A DNA stretch of 63,966 nt, filler included, from Octopus bimaculoides (taxonomy: Eukaryota): assembly GCF_001194135.2 (NCBI RefSeq). It is 7 parts of 6 records of this genome, joined end to end, with 100 filler letters (N's around TTAATTAATTAA, not from the genome) between each part and the next. Parts side by side here need not be neighbours in the genome. Positions count along the whole stretch, not along the records: positions 1 to 20,234 come from NC_068982.1; 6 more parts are not named here. One strand, written 5' to 3'. A program made the position numbers and the translations under genes. Positions within the stretch are counted from its first letter, which is position 1. Each line of letters begins with the position of its first letter. Positions 1 to 11,959 of the stretch are shown here, piece by piece. The notes under the pieces were generated by a model that searched no databases, had not been told where the DNA came from, and saw only the letters and a list, made by a program, of their open reading frames with translations.

Positions 1-59
<59 letters not shown>

Positions 60-62
60 ATA

Positions 63-112
<50 letters not shown>
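1..112. repeat. (TA)n/(TG)n microsatellite
   Basis: Pure dinucleotide runs read directly. Confidence 0.95.
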
Positions 113-114
<2 letters not shown>

Positions 115-1642
115 TACATACACATGTATATGCATGCATGTAAGTGTAAGTTTCATAGTAATTTTGATGTCCACTTTCTCATGCATTCACAGACCTGATG
201 AAGTTCTCTGAGGCAGATACTTTTCCTGCCGAAAACTCTGCCTCATTTTCACTAAGATAGTATATCACCTAGTCCTTCCAACATGAACAATACATTGGTC
301 GGACATTTTTTCGTGGAAGATTGCAAATGATGATGACTGTTAGTTTGTAATTTATGTGCTACATTTAAGAAACACATACACTCATGCACACAGATACGTG
401 TATGTGTGTGAGTGTGTGTGTGCATCTCATAGATTCATTCAAATGTTTTTGGTCAGCCTAGAGATATAGTAAAGACACTTGCCCAAGGTGCTACTTAACC
501 ACACTGGCATGTTCACACCCATACATATATGCTTACATACACATGTACTCACACACAAGTATGTAATTAAAAAGATATCATGTAATGTGAGTTGTATGTT
601 GTATCTGAAGACAATAAATATATGACATGTCTTGTGTGTATATGTTGCTTTGTTTAGCTGCACTACTCTAGCAAGGATATAATGGTTAGAATAATTAACA
701 GTTGATCAGATGTATGTGATTTGGAAAATTAAACATTTCCTTGGAAGAGCTAAATGCATATTCAGTGGTAGATGAATATTTTTTTAATAAATTCAAGTTT
801 GCCTTACATAACCCTTTTAATACTAACCTGTGTGAAACTGCCCCTGGTTCTATAACACAACCTTTATTTTATAGTGATCTAAATTAAAATTGGCCATTAA
901 AATTTTCTCAATTTGTTTGAGATACCAGCTTAACAAAGTAATTTAAACTGTATTCTTCATTATGTTACATATTATTTGAAACAAAAGTAATGTCTTTTAA
1001 TACAAATATTGCAACAAAAGGGATTTTTGGTTTTGTTAACTAAAAATACTAAAAAATGGCTGTGATGAGGCAACCAAAAGATTAGGTTTTGCTTTAGGTA
1101 GTGCTGTTTTGCTTCCATAGCTAAGAAGTTCACTAGCAATGTCTGCTTAGCTCTATATAGCTACACAAGTATTTGTAATTCACGGTTATAGTAGACAGCA
1201 GCTGTATCATGGGAGATAATAAGTATTTCTTTGGTTTACAATACCAACTATAATCGCTAATGCGAGGAAAGCTACCAACAAAAGATTAGCTTCCTCTCCT
1301 GAAGCACAGGTAGCTCTCATTCACTTTACTCTACAGGAAACTAGAGATATATTTGGAATATTCTCACCAAAACCAATAAAAAAAACATCCATATGGATCC
1401 TTCTGACTGAAAAGATTACTTTTAACATTGTTTCAAAAATTAAAAAATTGTTGACATTGAATAAACTTTTAAAATATTTGTGTACATAAATTACTTCCTT
1501 TGTTTTTCTTTTCTTCTTAAGCCTCACTAGCTGAGATGTCAAACAAGGTTATTGAATTCTTACATATATGTATGTATGTATGTGTGTAAGTTCTGCTGTT
1601 TGTAGTCGAAAATTACTCATAAAACTGTTGTTATTATTATTT

Positions 1643-1828
1643 AGGCAATGAGATGGCAGAATTATTAGCATATTGGAGAAAACGCTTTATGGCATATCTT
1701 CCAGCTCTATGTCCTTTGACTTTCTTTAAAGTCAATAAAATAAAGCATCAGTCAAGTACTAGGGTTGATATAATCAACTAGCCCCTTCCCTCAAAATTTC
1801 AAGCCTTGTGTCTATAATGGAAAGAATA
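1643..1828 (+). mobile_element. Degenerate tRNA-derived SINE (family also at 4530-4747, 5441-5645, 40665-40721)
   Basis: Head GGCAATGAGATGGCAGAATTATTAGCA and body AAGTACTAGGGTTGATATAATCAACT align by eye with the other copies in the window. Confidence 0.7.
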
Positions 1829-2287
1829 ATAATTATGTCTGTTGTTTATTATTGATTAAATCAGTTAGAGTGGATTAACAGAAATGGTAAAGCAATGAAC
1901 CAACTAAATTATCTTCCAGTATTTTCTGATTTCAGATTTTGATGAAGTTAACATTCCCTATTCCTGATATCAGTACAATACAATAACAGGATCTATAATA
2001 TCAATTGTATCCTACCTGAAATTTGAGATGTTCCAGCATTAAAAATAATAATTGTTTCTAGTATATATAAGACCACAAATATGTGGGTAAGGAGGAAGAA
2101 GTGACTTGATTAACTTGATTCATTACTGACTGGTATTTTATTTGAGTGATGTGGTTAGGAGCATAAAAAATAAAATGATAGACAAAATAGTTTGGGATCA
2201 GAAATCTCACCAAGAATAAGCTTCTGGGTGAGGTAAAAACTTTCATTTCATATTAGTTAAAAACAAATTTAATATTCTTTTCTTTTG

Positions 2288-2330
<43 letters not shown>

Positions 2331-3374
2331 ATATACATGGGTAAGATCCAGGGATCTGAGTGTAGGAAGATGGTAAACTTCAAGCAGTCCATGGCAGGTA
2401 TAGAAACCAAAAAGAGGACAGTGTACGATCAGGAACAATAATTTATTGGCATCAAACATTATATACTTTATATACTTTATATACTGATGGTGGTGGATGG
2501 GGGAGGGGGTCTTTTTAAAAAAAAAAAAAAACATATCTTGCTGCCATCCTCTCTGATCCACACCAACTTCCTTCACCTTCCCCTTCAATAGGTATTCACA
2601 ATTTATCTTGCCTCCTCCTGTGTTCACCACTCACTGCATCAGGAGCAATAGAATAAGTTCCAGGTTTTAAAAAAAATAAGTACTGTGGTCAATTTATTCA
2701 ACTAAATCCTTCAAGATGGTGCCCCAGCATGGCCACAGTCCAATGATTGAACAAGTAAAAGAAGATAAAAGATGTATGTGTTTGTGTATGAGAAATTATG
2801 ATGAACATCATTTGTTTCCTACATACATTTCACCTTTGTAGTTATTTGCAATCTCTTCATTGGATGTTCCAAGTACAATTAGATGCTGAACCACAATAAA
2901 TTGTCAAGGGAACACTTTATTGCATTATGGATGATGATACTCTGTATGGAGTTCTAAACTCATCAGAAGGAGCTCTTCATCTAACTGTGAAGTGAAGCAT
3001 CCAACATGTGGTTAGTTACCTGAGTGCAAATCTTTTTTTGTTTAACCCTAGGCAAGATGAATGTGGTTATTCTTGTTTTATTCTAGGCCAGGATGATGTA
3101 GTTTAATGTTGTCACATCCAGCTGTAGAACTGTAATTAAAATTATATTGGAGCTCGACATGCCTTGCATCTTGCCAGTTCCTGTCAAACTCTCCAACTCA
3201 TGTCAACAGAGAAAGTTGATATTAAATTAAATGATAATGATTTTTATATATATATATATGCAACTATGTTATAGTTTAATCTTTTTTAATAGTTTTTTTT
3301 CATAACTGTGACCCTTGTAGTATGTTTGAAACAATGAAGTTCCCAAGTTCATTTTTATTAATGTTTTCTTTCAG

Positions 3375-3416
3375 GCTATCTCAGTGTCATCTACAATACC
3401 TTTACATGCCTACAAG
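3375..3416 (+). CDS. Candidate 42-nt internal exon, product unknown
   Basis: Acceptor GTTTTCTTTCAG and donor AAG|GTAAGC; all three frames are open (frame 0 AISVSSTIPLHAYK). No partner exons found and no homology recognised. Confidence 0.25.
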
Positions 3417-3644
3417 GTAAGCTATATTAACAAAACAGAGTAACTATCCTTCTCCTCTAGGATCTACATTTTCCACATTCTATCTTGCTGTAACAGAAAG
3501 CAAAATAATAACTAATGACTAACATATTATATACACTAGATACATAGGTGTTATATTAGTTGAACATTAAAAGGAGGCTCCAAAGAACAACTCAGTGTTA
3601 AAATATATCATCAGCATCGTCATTGAAATTCTATTTTCTATGCT

Positions 3645-3790
3645 GGCATGTGTTGGATTGTTTGACAGGAGCTGGCAAGTCAGGAGACTGCACCAAACCC
3701 TATTGTCTACTTTGGCATGGTTTCTTTGGCCTGATGCCCTTCCTAATGCCAACTACTTTACAAAGTGTACTAGGTGCTTTTTATTGGCTT
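3645..3790 (-). mobile_element. RTE-LINE 3' UTR-derived repeat fragment
   Basis: TTGGCATGGTTTC...GATGCCCTTCCTAATGCCAAC is the reverse complement of the tail on the RTE copies at 13.3-13.5 kb and 14.8-15.0 kb. Confidence 0.75.
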
Positions 3791-4529
3791 CAACAGTAGT
3801 GAGGTTACCGAGTACTTTGGAAGACATAAAGTGGGGAGCAGTATTGAGGAACAGTAAAAGAAGTATTACATTAGAGTGTTGCTACCTCAGGTGGAGAGAG
3901 AGAGCAATATTCACCATATGACTGTACCAGTGCAGTACCACTTGCACACTATATCTGATGCCTCTTATGCTCAATTTTTCTCTCATTGCATTTACACTCA
4001 GTTGTATGTGCACACTGACGTTACACATCTAGCAGAGCATGTTGGTTTCATTTCTTTCAAGCCTTCTCATGTCCTCTGCAGTCACAGCCCATGTTTTACT
4101 ACCATTCAATTCCACTTCTAGACATAATCATTCAGATTAAATGCAATAGATACATTACATCAATTTACACAAAAAACAAACAAATACACTGACATGGAGT
4201 TAGTGAACATCTACAAAACTGGAAAATGTCAGTGGCAAAATCATTACTCAGAGCCTCTAGATTCTCATCCGCAAATGAAACATTAAATAAAGAAATCTAC
4301 AGAATAAACAAATACCAATTAACAATGAATATTCAAACAGACAAGTAGACCAAACTACCAGTGAATATAGACAGAAATATAATGTATTGGGTATTACCCC
4401 AACTAATAAAACACATTTAACATACAAAATGTATTAGAAGAATCAAATGCAGATAAATACATAATCAAAAATCTCATAAAACAAAACACAAAATGTGCCA
4501 CATCAAACCATCAACTGACATCAATAATA

Positions 4530-4747
4530 TATTGGTTTCAAATTTTGGCACAAGGCTAGCAAGTTGGTAGGAGAGGGTAAGTCAATTACACAAACCTTAG
4601 TGCTCAACTAGTACTTATTTTATTGACTCTGAAAGGATGAAAGGTTGAGTCAACCTCAGCAGAATTTGAACTCAGAACATAAAGACAGATGAAATGCTGC
4701 TAAACATTTTGCCTGGTATGCTTACCATTCTGCCACTTCACCACCTT
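4530..4747 (-). mobile_element. tRNA-derived SINE
   Basis: The reverse complement has B-box-like GTTCTGAGTTCAAATTC and matches the 5441-5645 copy. Confidence 0.8.
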
Positions 4748-5320
4748 ACTAATATCAATAATATATTACCAAAACCTTATAACACACCATAGGCTTGTAA
4801 GCCCAAGAACAAGCTACAAATGTCTAATGTAATTGAGAAATTGCAAACTTCATGCTTCTAACTGTATTTCCCAGACAAGTACAACACTCACTTGTCTCAT
4901 GCTTTTACAAAAAGCAATTGCTACATACTACACGATACACAAAACAAACCAAAATATGAAAATATTTACAAATACATTTGTAAAAGGTTGATAGTTGCAA
5001 TAGAGACATTAGTCTCTCTCTATCACCTTTTAACAAAATTATATATTAAGAAACAATAGAACAATTAACAACATAATAAAAATAAGTTTGATTTTTGGTG
5101 ATGCTTGGTTTTACAAATCCTGTGTTATTCAGCCTGGCAGCCGCTGGTTAGCTTGTAATCAGCATTGGAAGGTTAAAAGCTTCGTTGAGGCATCTGAAAG
5201 GAGCAAGTTGTTACATCAAAGGTATCATGCTGAAGAGGGTTAGAAAACGAAAGAAGTGCTTTAAGTACTGGTTTTACTACACATGCACACTTGAAGGGCT
5301 TCTGGGAAGGCAACTCCCTT

Positions 5321-5357
5321 GCGCATGCGTAGATTGTACTTTCTTAATGGCGGCCAT
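5321..5357. promoter_or_regulatory. NRF1-like (GCGCATGCGT) and YY1-like (AATGGCGGC) motif pair
   Basis: Motif matches 15 bp apart, forming a small CpG cluster in otherwise CpG-poor DNA. Function not shown. Confidence 0.2.
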
Positions 5358-5440
5358 AATTTCACGCCACTACTCATCCATACTTTATAAATACCAAACA
5401 GAAATAGACAGTTGATTATGGAAGCAATATGTAATACTCC

Positions 5441-5645
5441 AGGGTGGCAAGCTGGGAGAATCGTAAGCATGCCATGCCATTATGTTCTGAGTTCAAATTC
5501 CGCCAAAGTCGACTTTGCCTTTCCTCCTATTGGGGTTGATTAAATAAGCACCAGTTATGCATTGGGGTTGACATGATCAACTTAATCCCTTTGTCCTTGT
5601 TTGTCCCCTCTATGTTTAGCCCCCTGTGGGCTATAAAGAAATAAA
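5441..5645 (+). mobile_element. tRNA-derived SINE
   Basis: GGTGGCAAGCTGG head, GTTCTGAGTTCAAATTCCGCC B-box region, AAAGAAATAA end. Confidence 0.85.
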
Positions 5646-6049
5646 TATGCAATACTCCTATCACAATACAAGACCACAATTAACACACAAATGTGTACAT
5701 GTCACAAACAAGATAAACACATCATCAATGATGTGCAACTTAATAGTTAAAATAAATTTGATACGGTTGACTCTAAAAATCAAATTCTAATTGTAAAATT
5801 AAGAGAAACAAAGGCTGCAAGAAAACCCAATATCAACCTACATCTTAAGGATGGGGGCTGAGATGGTGTGAAAACATTGTTAAAAATGAATTTGGGAATA
5901 ATACTGCTCCAAACATACTACAAAGGTCTCATACAGAAATTCAAAACAAAAAAAAACCCCACCTAATAAAAAGATTAAATCGAAGCCTAGTTGTGTTTTT
6001 GATAAATAATGTGTAAAAGAAGAGTTGTTCCCCTATATACAAATATATG

Positions 6050-7250
6050 AAAATATATTTGTTGCAAACAACTTGCAGATGCAAGAGATACCAGTTGACT
6101 ACTCTGCATACTGGATGCTAAGCAAGCTTATGGGGTCCTCGGGAGAGAATGCGCACTGTTTTGGCGTCTTCCTCTCGATGGCATTGTTACAAACCAGCTT
6201 GCTAGATCACCTGGTTACTAGGTTTCACTCAATATTCTAGCCATTTCTCATTGCCCCTTTTTGACTAAACCCAGTGGCTTGCCTTCTCCACTGTAGTCTA
6301 GATATCACTCATGATGGTATTTGCTTTACAATGAGTTAAGCCTAGTGACAATATCTGCTTCACATTGTGTCCAACAAATCCTCTACATCCAGATTTGATT
6401 GAGGAGGTTTTTATAACAGTCAGTCCTTCGAGTCCAAGTGGCATCCATGTTATCTTCATGAAGGACTGTTAACTTGACTAGATTTATTAATTTCTTCCTT
6501 TGACACTACATGATAATATCTGGTTTCTTTGTAACTGGAATGGGGAAGAATCCTTGCCACCCTGGTAAATCTGCAACCACCTTCCAATAGCCATTCTGCT
6601 TTTCATTGTTCACAAGATGTTTCTTCTTCAAATGGATTTGCTGTCCTGAACACACAAAGGTAATGAAATCTCTGGTTGGTTTCTTCAAAGGTTTTTTTTG
6701 CATTCATTAATGAGAGCGATTTGGTTCTTTGTAGCATTGAAGAGGACCTTAAGGACCAGGTTGTGTCTCCATCCCAGTGAACAGTTAGAAAGAATGTGTT
6801 TCAAAGTTCAGACTTTGCTGCATCTGCATTTGTCATTCTCTGATACATTCTATTTTACTAGGTTTGTAGGTGATGGTAAGGCATTGTAGAATGAACGAAT
6901 CAGAAAATTCAGATGTGATGTACTCCACTTTCATAATTCATTCCAACTTCATTTTTCTCTCATCTTGTTCTTCTCATCTTGTCATTTGTCCTTGATGAGA
7001 GCACTGAATCAAATTAAGCTTTCTTCTCTGTTTCCTTTGCTTTGATGCTGTTGCTAACAATAAATCTGCATTTGTTCTGCATTGTACTTGAAAACGGTCT
7101 GAATCAATATGCACCAAATCCAAGTCCCTTCTGATCAGTTTGTCTCTGCTTCTGCTTTCCACTTCTTGGCTGTTTTTACATCTGATGAATTACGCCTGAT
7201 TTCTATATCTTTGACTCTCTCAACACTATCACCGCTCATACCTTCCCTAC
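6050..7250 (-). mobile_element. Decayed 3' part of an RLE-endonuclease non-LTR retrotransposon, HERO-like (R2 group)
   Basis: Manual minus-strand translation across stops and frameshifts gives AKKWKAE, KGLGFG, IRSFYNALPSPTNL, CRCSKV*TLKHILSNC, WRHNLVLKVL, PVTKKPDIIM, VKLTVLHE, GCRGFVG and EKASHWV. These are the CCHC and PD-(D/E)xK RLE motifs in the expected order. Confidence 0.75.
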
Positions 7251-7319
7251 TTTATAAATTTTGACAATTAATGACAGGGGCAACTGCAATGAACCTCTTT
7301 TTGATAAAGAGCTGAGCTG

Positions 7320-8566
7320 GTCAACATCTAAGGTTTGCTCAATGATTTGAACTCGTGACAGTGCCACCTCGTATATTAAAGGTGGTCATGAAAGGCACAG
7401 ATATAAGTTGAACTGTTAGCACCATCAAAAAAGCATTTGAGGCACATAATGTTTTATGAGTACAAAAAAGGAAACTCTGCAGCCGAAGTGACTCGAAACA
7501 TACACTCAGTTTATGGGAAAGAATGCTTGAATGAAAGAACTTGCAGAAGATGGTTTGCAAAATTCAGAAGTAGAGATTTCAACCTTGAAGATGAAGATTG
7601 AACGGGACATCCAGTTGAGTTTGATGATAAGCTCCTTGAGGCATTACTTGAAGAAAATCCTGCATTGTCAGTTCAAGAATTGGCAATAAAGCTTAGTTCA
7701 AACCATACAACTGTTCATCGTCATCTTCAACAACTTGGAAAAGTTCCAAAACTTGGAAAATGTGTGCCTCGTGAATTGTCCGAAAGCAACTGCAAATCCC
7801 AAGTTGACATCTGCTCTTCTCTCCATTCTCACAAACTCATTTCACCGTTTTTGGATAGACTTGTGACTGGTGACGGAAAATGGATCTTCTATCGAAATGT
7901 TAAATGTCGTAAACAGTGGCTTGGTAAATGGAAAAAAGCTCAACCACAACCGAGAAGGGAACTTCATGGAAAAAAGGTTCTCTCTATCTGGTGGGATTGT
8001 AAAGGAGTAATTCACTTTGAATTGTTACCACCTACTGCAACAATCAATGCTCAAGTCTACTGTCAGCAATTAGAGCGTTTGAACCAAGCTTTGAAGAAAA
8101 AATGACCTGCTTTAGTGAATCGGAAAGGACAATGCACGACCCCACACTGCAAAGATCACATCACAGACGATCGAAGAGCTTGGGTAAGAAAAAATTCCTC
8201 ATCCACCTTATTCTCCCGACCTTGCTCCTTCAGATTACCATTTGTTTCATAGTNNNNNNNNNNNNNNNNNNNNNNNNNNNNNNNNNNNNNNNNNNNNNNN
8301 NNNNNNNNNNNTTTCATAGTTTACAGAATCATTTGATGGATATAACTTTCGCAAGCCAAGAGGAGGTCGAGACTGACATTTCAGAGTTCTTCGCTTTGAA
8401 ACCAAATGAGTTTTACATTGATAGGATTAAAAAGCTTGTAAATAGATGGAAGGAAGTCATAGATAATCAGGGAAAGTACATTGATGATTAAATTTCAATT
8501 AAATATAACATTTGATCACTTGTTTTCTTTATTCAAAATTTAGACAGAACTTATGGGATGACCTGA
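7320..8566 (+). mobile_element. Mariner (D,D34D) DNA transposon; transposase 7388-8491 broken by stops, frameshifts and a gap
   Basis: HTH region, CVPREL (WVPHEL), LVTGDGKWIFY, DNARPH, HPPYSPDLAPSDYHLF. Right TIR ...GAACTTATGGGATGACCTGA is followed by TA; left TIR not seen. Confidence 0.95.
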
Positions 8567-8579
8567 TATACTTACACAC

Positions 8580-8715
8580 TTTGAAGTAGTTGGCATTAGG
8601 AAAGGCATTGATCTATAGAAACTATGTCAAAATAGACAATTGGGGCCTGGGCAGTTCTTCAGCTGGCTAGCTCTGGTCAAACCATCCAACCCATGCCAGC
8701 ATGGAAAATGGATGT
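8580..8715 (+). mobile_element. RTE-LINE 3' UTR-derived repeat fragment
   Basis: TTGGCATTAGGAAAGGCAT...CCATCCAACCCATGCCAGCATGGAAAA matches the RTE tails at 13.4 and 14.9 kb. Confidence 0.75.
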
Positions 8716-9764
8716 GTATGTGTATTTATGTGTGCACACGAGTGTATTTGTGTGTGTGTATCACTGTAGAAGTTATGTTTGGAAACTGTGAATAAGTTTC
8801 GAGTACTTGTCAGTAACATTTTGTTTTTTTCTCCTCGTCTTCTAATAGTAATCACCCAACTTTCTAGGCTCTTCTCACAGCTATCCCGTGTTCAAAAATT
8901 ATACAGGTATTTAAAAAAATTTTCATTCAATAAATAATGTTTTTACATTGTGTATATATTAATAGCAAATTAAAACTTAAAAGAGAAAGTGAGAGACTTT
9001 GCAAATGAAAATGGAATGCTCTGCAGTGAATGCAATGAATATTTAAATTTGTGATGAATTGGACACAGTGAATATTTATATTTGCGAGAAATTAGCATTA
9101 AAAAAATTCAATAAACTTGAGAAATCAAAATTATGGGAAATTTCGTAGAACATGAATTTATAGAAATATTTTCAGACAGTCAACCCTTTAATAATTGCTT
9201 TCTTTTAGTGCTTTTAGTAATTGTTNNNNNNNNNNNNNNNNNNNNNNNNNNNNNNNNNNNNNNNNNNNNNNNNNNNNNNNNNNNNNNNNNNNNNNNNNNN
9301 NNNNNNNNNNNNNNNNNNNNNNNNNNNNNNNNNNNNNNNNNNNNNNNNNNNNNNNNNNNNNNNNNNNNNNNNNNNNNNNNNNNNNNNNNNNNNNNNNNNN
9401 NNNNNNNNNNNNNNNNNNNNNNNNNNNNNNNNNNNNNNNNNNNNNNNNNNNNNNNNNNNNNNNNNNNNNNNNNNNNNNNNNNNNNNNNNNNNNNNNNNNN
9501 NNNNNNNNNNNNNNNNNNNNNNNNNNNNNNNNNNNNNNNNNNNNNNNNNNNNNNNNNNNNNNNNNNNNNNNNNNNNNNNNNNNNNNNNNNNNNNNNNNNN
9601 NNNNNNNNNNNNNNNNNNNNNNNNNNNNNNNNNNNNNNNNNNNNNNNNNNNNNNNNNNNNNNNNNNNNNNNNNNNNNNNNNNNNNNNNNNNNNNNNNNNN
9701 NNNNNNNNNNNNNNNNNNNNNNNNNNNNNNNNNNNNNNNNNNNNCTTCACTACCGAGCGCAGCT

Positions 9765-10006
9765 CTGTGCGCCTTGGGTATGTGCTGTGGTTTGCTGTGG
9801 TGCTCTTATGTTTACTGTATTGAAAGTGTTTTGCGTAGAATGTGTGCAGTACCCAGTAGTGCAATTTTCTGTATGTTATATATATTTGTAAGTCCTGCTA
9901 TTTTTGTTATGTATTTGTCTGAATATTTTTTTATTATACCTAAGGCACCTACTATGATAGGAATTGTTTCTGTTTTTAGATTCCACATTCGAGTTATCTC
10001 TATTTC

Positions 10007-10010
<4 letters not shown>
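9765..10010 (-). mobile_element. R4/Dong-like LINE 3' terminal fragment (C-terminal end of RLE domain plus 3' UTR)
   Basis: EIEITRMWNLKTETIPIIVGALGIIKK...QKIALLGTAHILRKTLS; abuts an (ATT)n array; homologous to 55190-55465. Confidence 0.85.
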
Positions 10011-10045
<35 letters not shown>

Positions 10046-10173
10046 CATAATTATTATTATTATTATTATTATATAAATGGTGTATTTAATAATATAGATA
10101 GATATGTATACAAACACACACACACATGCACATACATAAACACATACACATGCATAAATATACATATATACAT

Positions 10174-10240
<67 letters not shown>

Positions 10241-10264
10241 TATATATATACACACATATATATA

Positions 10265-10560
10265 TCATCATCATCATTTAACATTCGTGTTTCATGCTAG
10301 CATGGATGGGTGGGATGGTACCACAAGAGCTGACGAGGCTGAAGCATGCATCAGACTTCTGTGACTGTTTTGGCAGGATTTTTACAGCTGATGCCCTTCC
10401 TAACACCAACCACGCAGCAGAGTAGACTTAGTGCTTTTTATATGGCACAAGCACAGGCGAGGTCAGTTTTGGCAAGGTTTTTACAGCTGGATGCCCTTCC
10501 AAACACCAATCACTTTACAGTGTGGAGTGGGTGCTTTTAAGTGGCACCTGCACTGACAGG
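10265..10560 (-). mobile_element. RTE-LINE 3' UTR repeat with (CAT)n tail and internal partial duplication
   Basis: Begins CATCATCATCATTTAACATTC; the TTTTGGCA...TTTTTACAGCTG...GATGCCCTTCC block occurs twice. Confidence 0.75.
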
Positions 10561-10914
10561 GTCACCAAGTACTTGCTAGACAAAAACTTTTAAGTGGAGA
10601 GGAGACATTGGAGGAGATGATGATGAAAAGGTTATAGTGAGACAGATATAGGTGTCTTGCTGAAGAAGAAGTACAAGGTTACCTGGCCAAAGAGAGAAAG
10701 ATCAAGGATGAAGACAGAAACAGGTGTGTGACCACAAAGAAAATACACAGTTGCCCAGCCTGAGGGAAGTGCAGGAGAAGGAGAGAAAGAGAGAGTGGGA
10801 GATCGCAAGATGGAGATGGTGGCAAAATGCCAGGCATGCTCACAAGGAACAGGGATCAGAGTATAAATGAGATGGTTGAGTAAAGGATTGAAGGGTGCAG
10901 TTCAATTTTAAGAG

Positions 10915-11631
10915 TTATTTTTTTCAAAGCTATAATGGAAGTGACATATATTCAGCAAATTTTCTTTATGAGGTAACAATGCAATGGAAAGTGCTAGGAA
11001 TATTAATGCAGTATATGGAGATTGGACAATAAGTGTAAGCCAGTGTCAACAGTGGCTCCGGAAATTCCAAGCCGGAAACTACAATTTAGAAGATGAACAT
11101 CGTCCTGAAAGATCTGTAGAGCTCAACGAGGACGTCCTGCAAACCCTGGTGGAACAAGATCCTATCATAACTGTTGAGGAACTAGCAGAGAAGCTTGGAT
11201 TTAGTCATTCAACCAGTCATTCAAGTCAGCGCTTGAACAATAATGACCATTTTTGGTTTCAAGATGAAAGATGTTCTTCCATCAGGATAATGCTCAACTA
11301 CATACAGCAAGGATTAGGTTCCTAAGGCTGGAGCAGTTTGAATGGGAAACGATGTCCCACCCACCATATTCACCAGACATTGCCCCACCTGATTATCATT
11401 TATTCTGCAGTCTTCAAAATCATTTGGATGGAAAAAAATATGAATTCTGAAGACAAGGTCAGAAGGAGGAGTATTTTTCGTCACGGACAAGTAAATTTTA
11501 GAAGAGGAGCCTTGCAAGTCTACCAGATAGATGGAAGAGCATTGTAGAAAATGAAACAAAGTATATTTTAGATTAAAAAGAAAAAATTAAAGAATTATAA
11601 AAAAAACTGCATTATTTATGGGATGACCCAA
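10915..11631 (+). mobile_element. Internally deleted mariner transposon
   Basis: N-terminal HTH (ARNINAVYG...LEDEHR...TVEELAEKLG) joins directly to HQDNAQLH and HPPYSPDIAPPDYHLF; the WVPHEL/first-Asp region is missing. Right TIR TTTATGGGATGACCCAA then TA. Confidence 0.9.
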
Positions 11632-11959
11632 TACACACACACATACATATACAAATATACATATATAAATACATACAAACACACCTACATACATATACAC
11701 ATGTATAGGCCTTGGTACACACACAAATAGACAAATATCTACACATAGTACAAATATAGACCAATATATGCTTATATAAACATTAGGAGCACTTCAGGCA
11801 GATACATATATTTAGAAAAATATATATAAATATAAATATGCAGATGCATATACATATCTATACATAGACACAAATGCATATATATGCATACATACATATG
11901 TATATACATATCCATACAGACATAGACATATATACACATATAGAGATTAGATTTATATA

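Noticed and set aside
190-240. HHR-like CTGATGA … GGCAG/CTGCC-GAAA
   Set aside because: The stem does not follow the CTGANGA directly, and there is no stem III or NUH site; at best a badly decayed relic.
2900-2935. Ankyrin-like GNTLLHY
   Set aside because: An isolated heptapeptide bounded by stops, with no splice sites to rescue it.
6980-7010. hAT transposase motif LDEST on the plus strand
   Set aside because: It is flanked by stops, and the opposite strand is fully explained by the HERO-like LINE.
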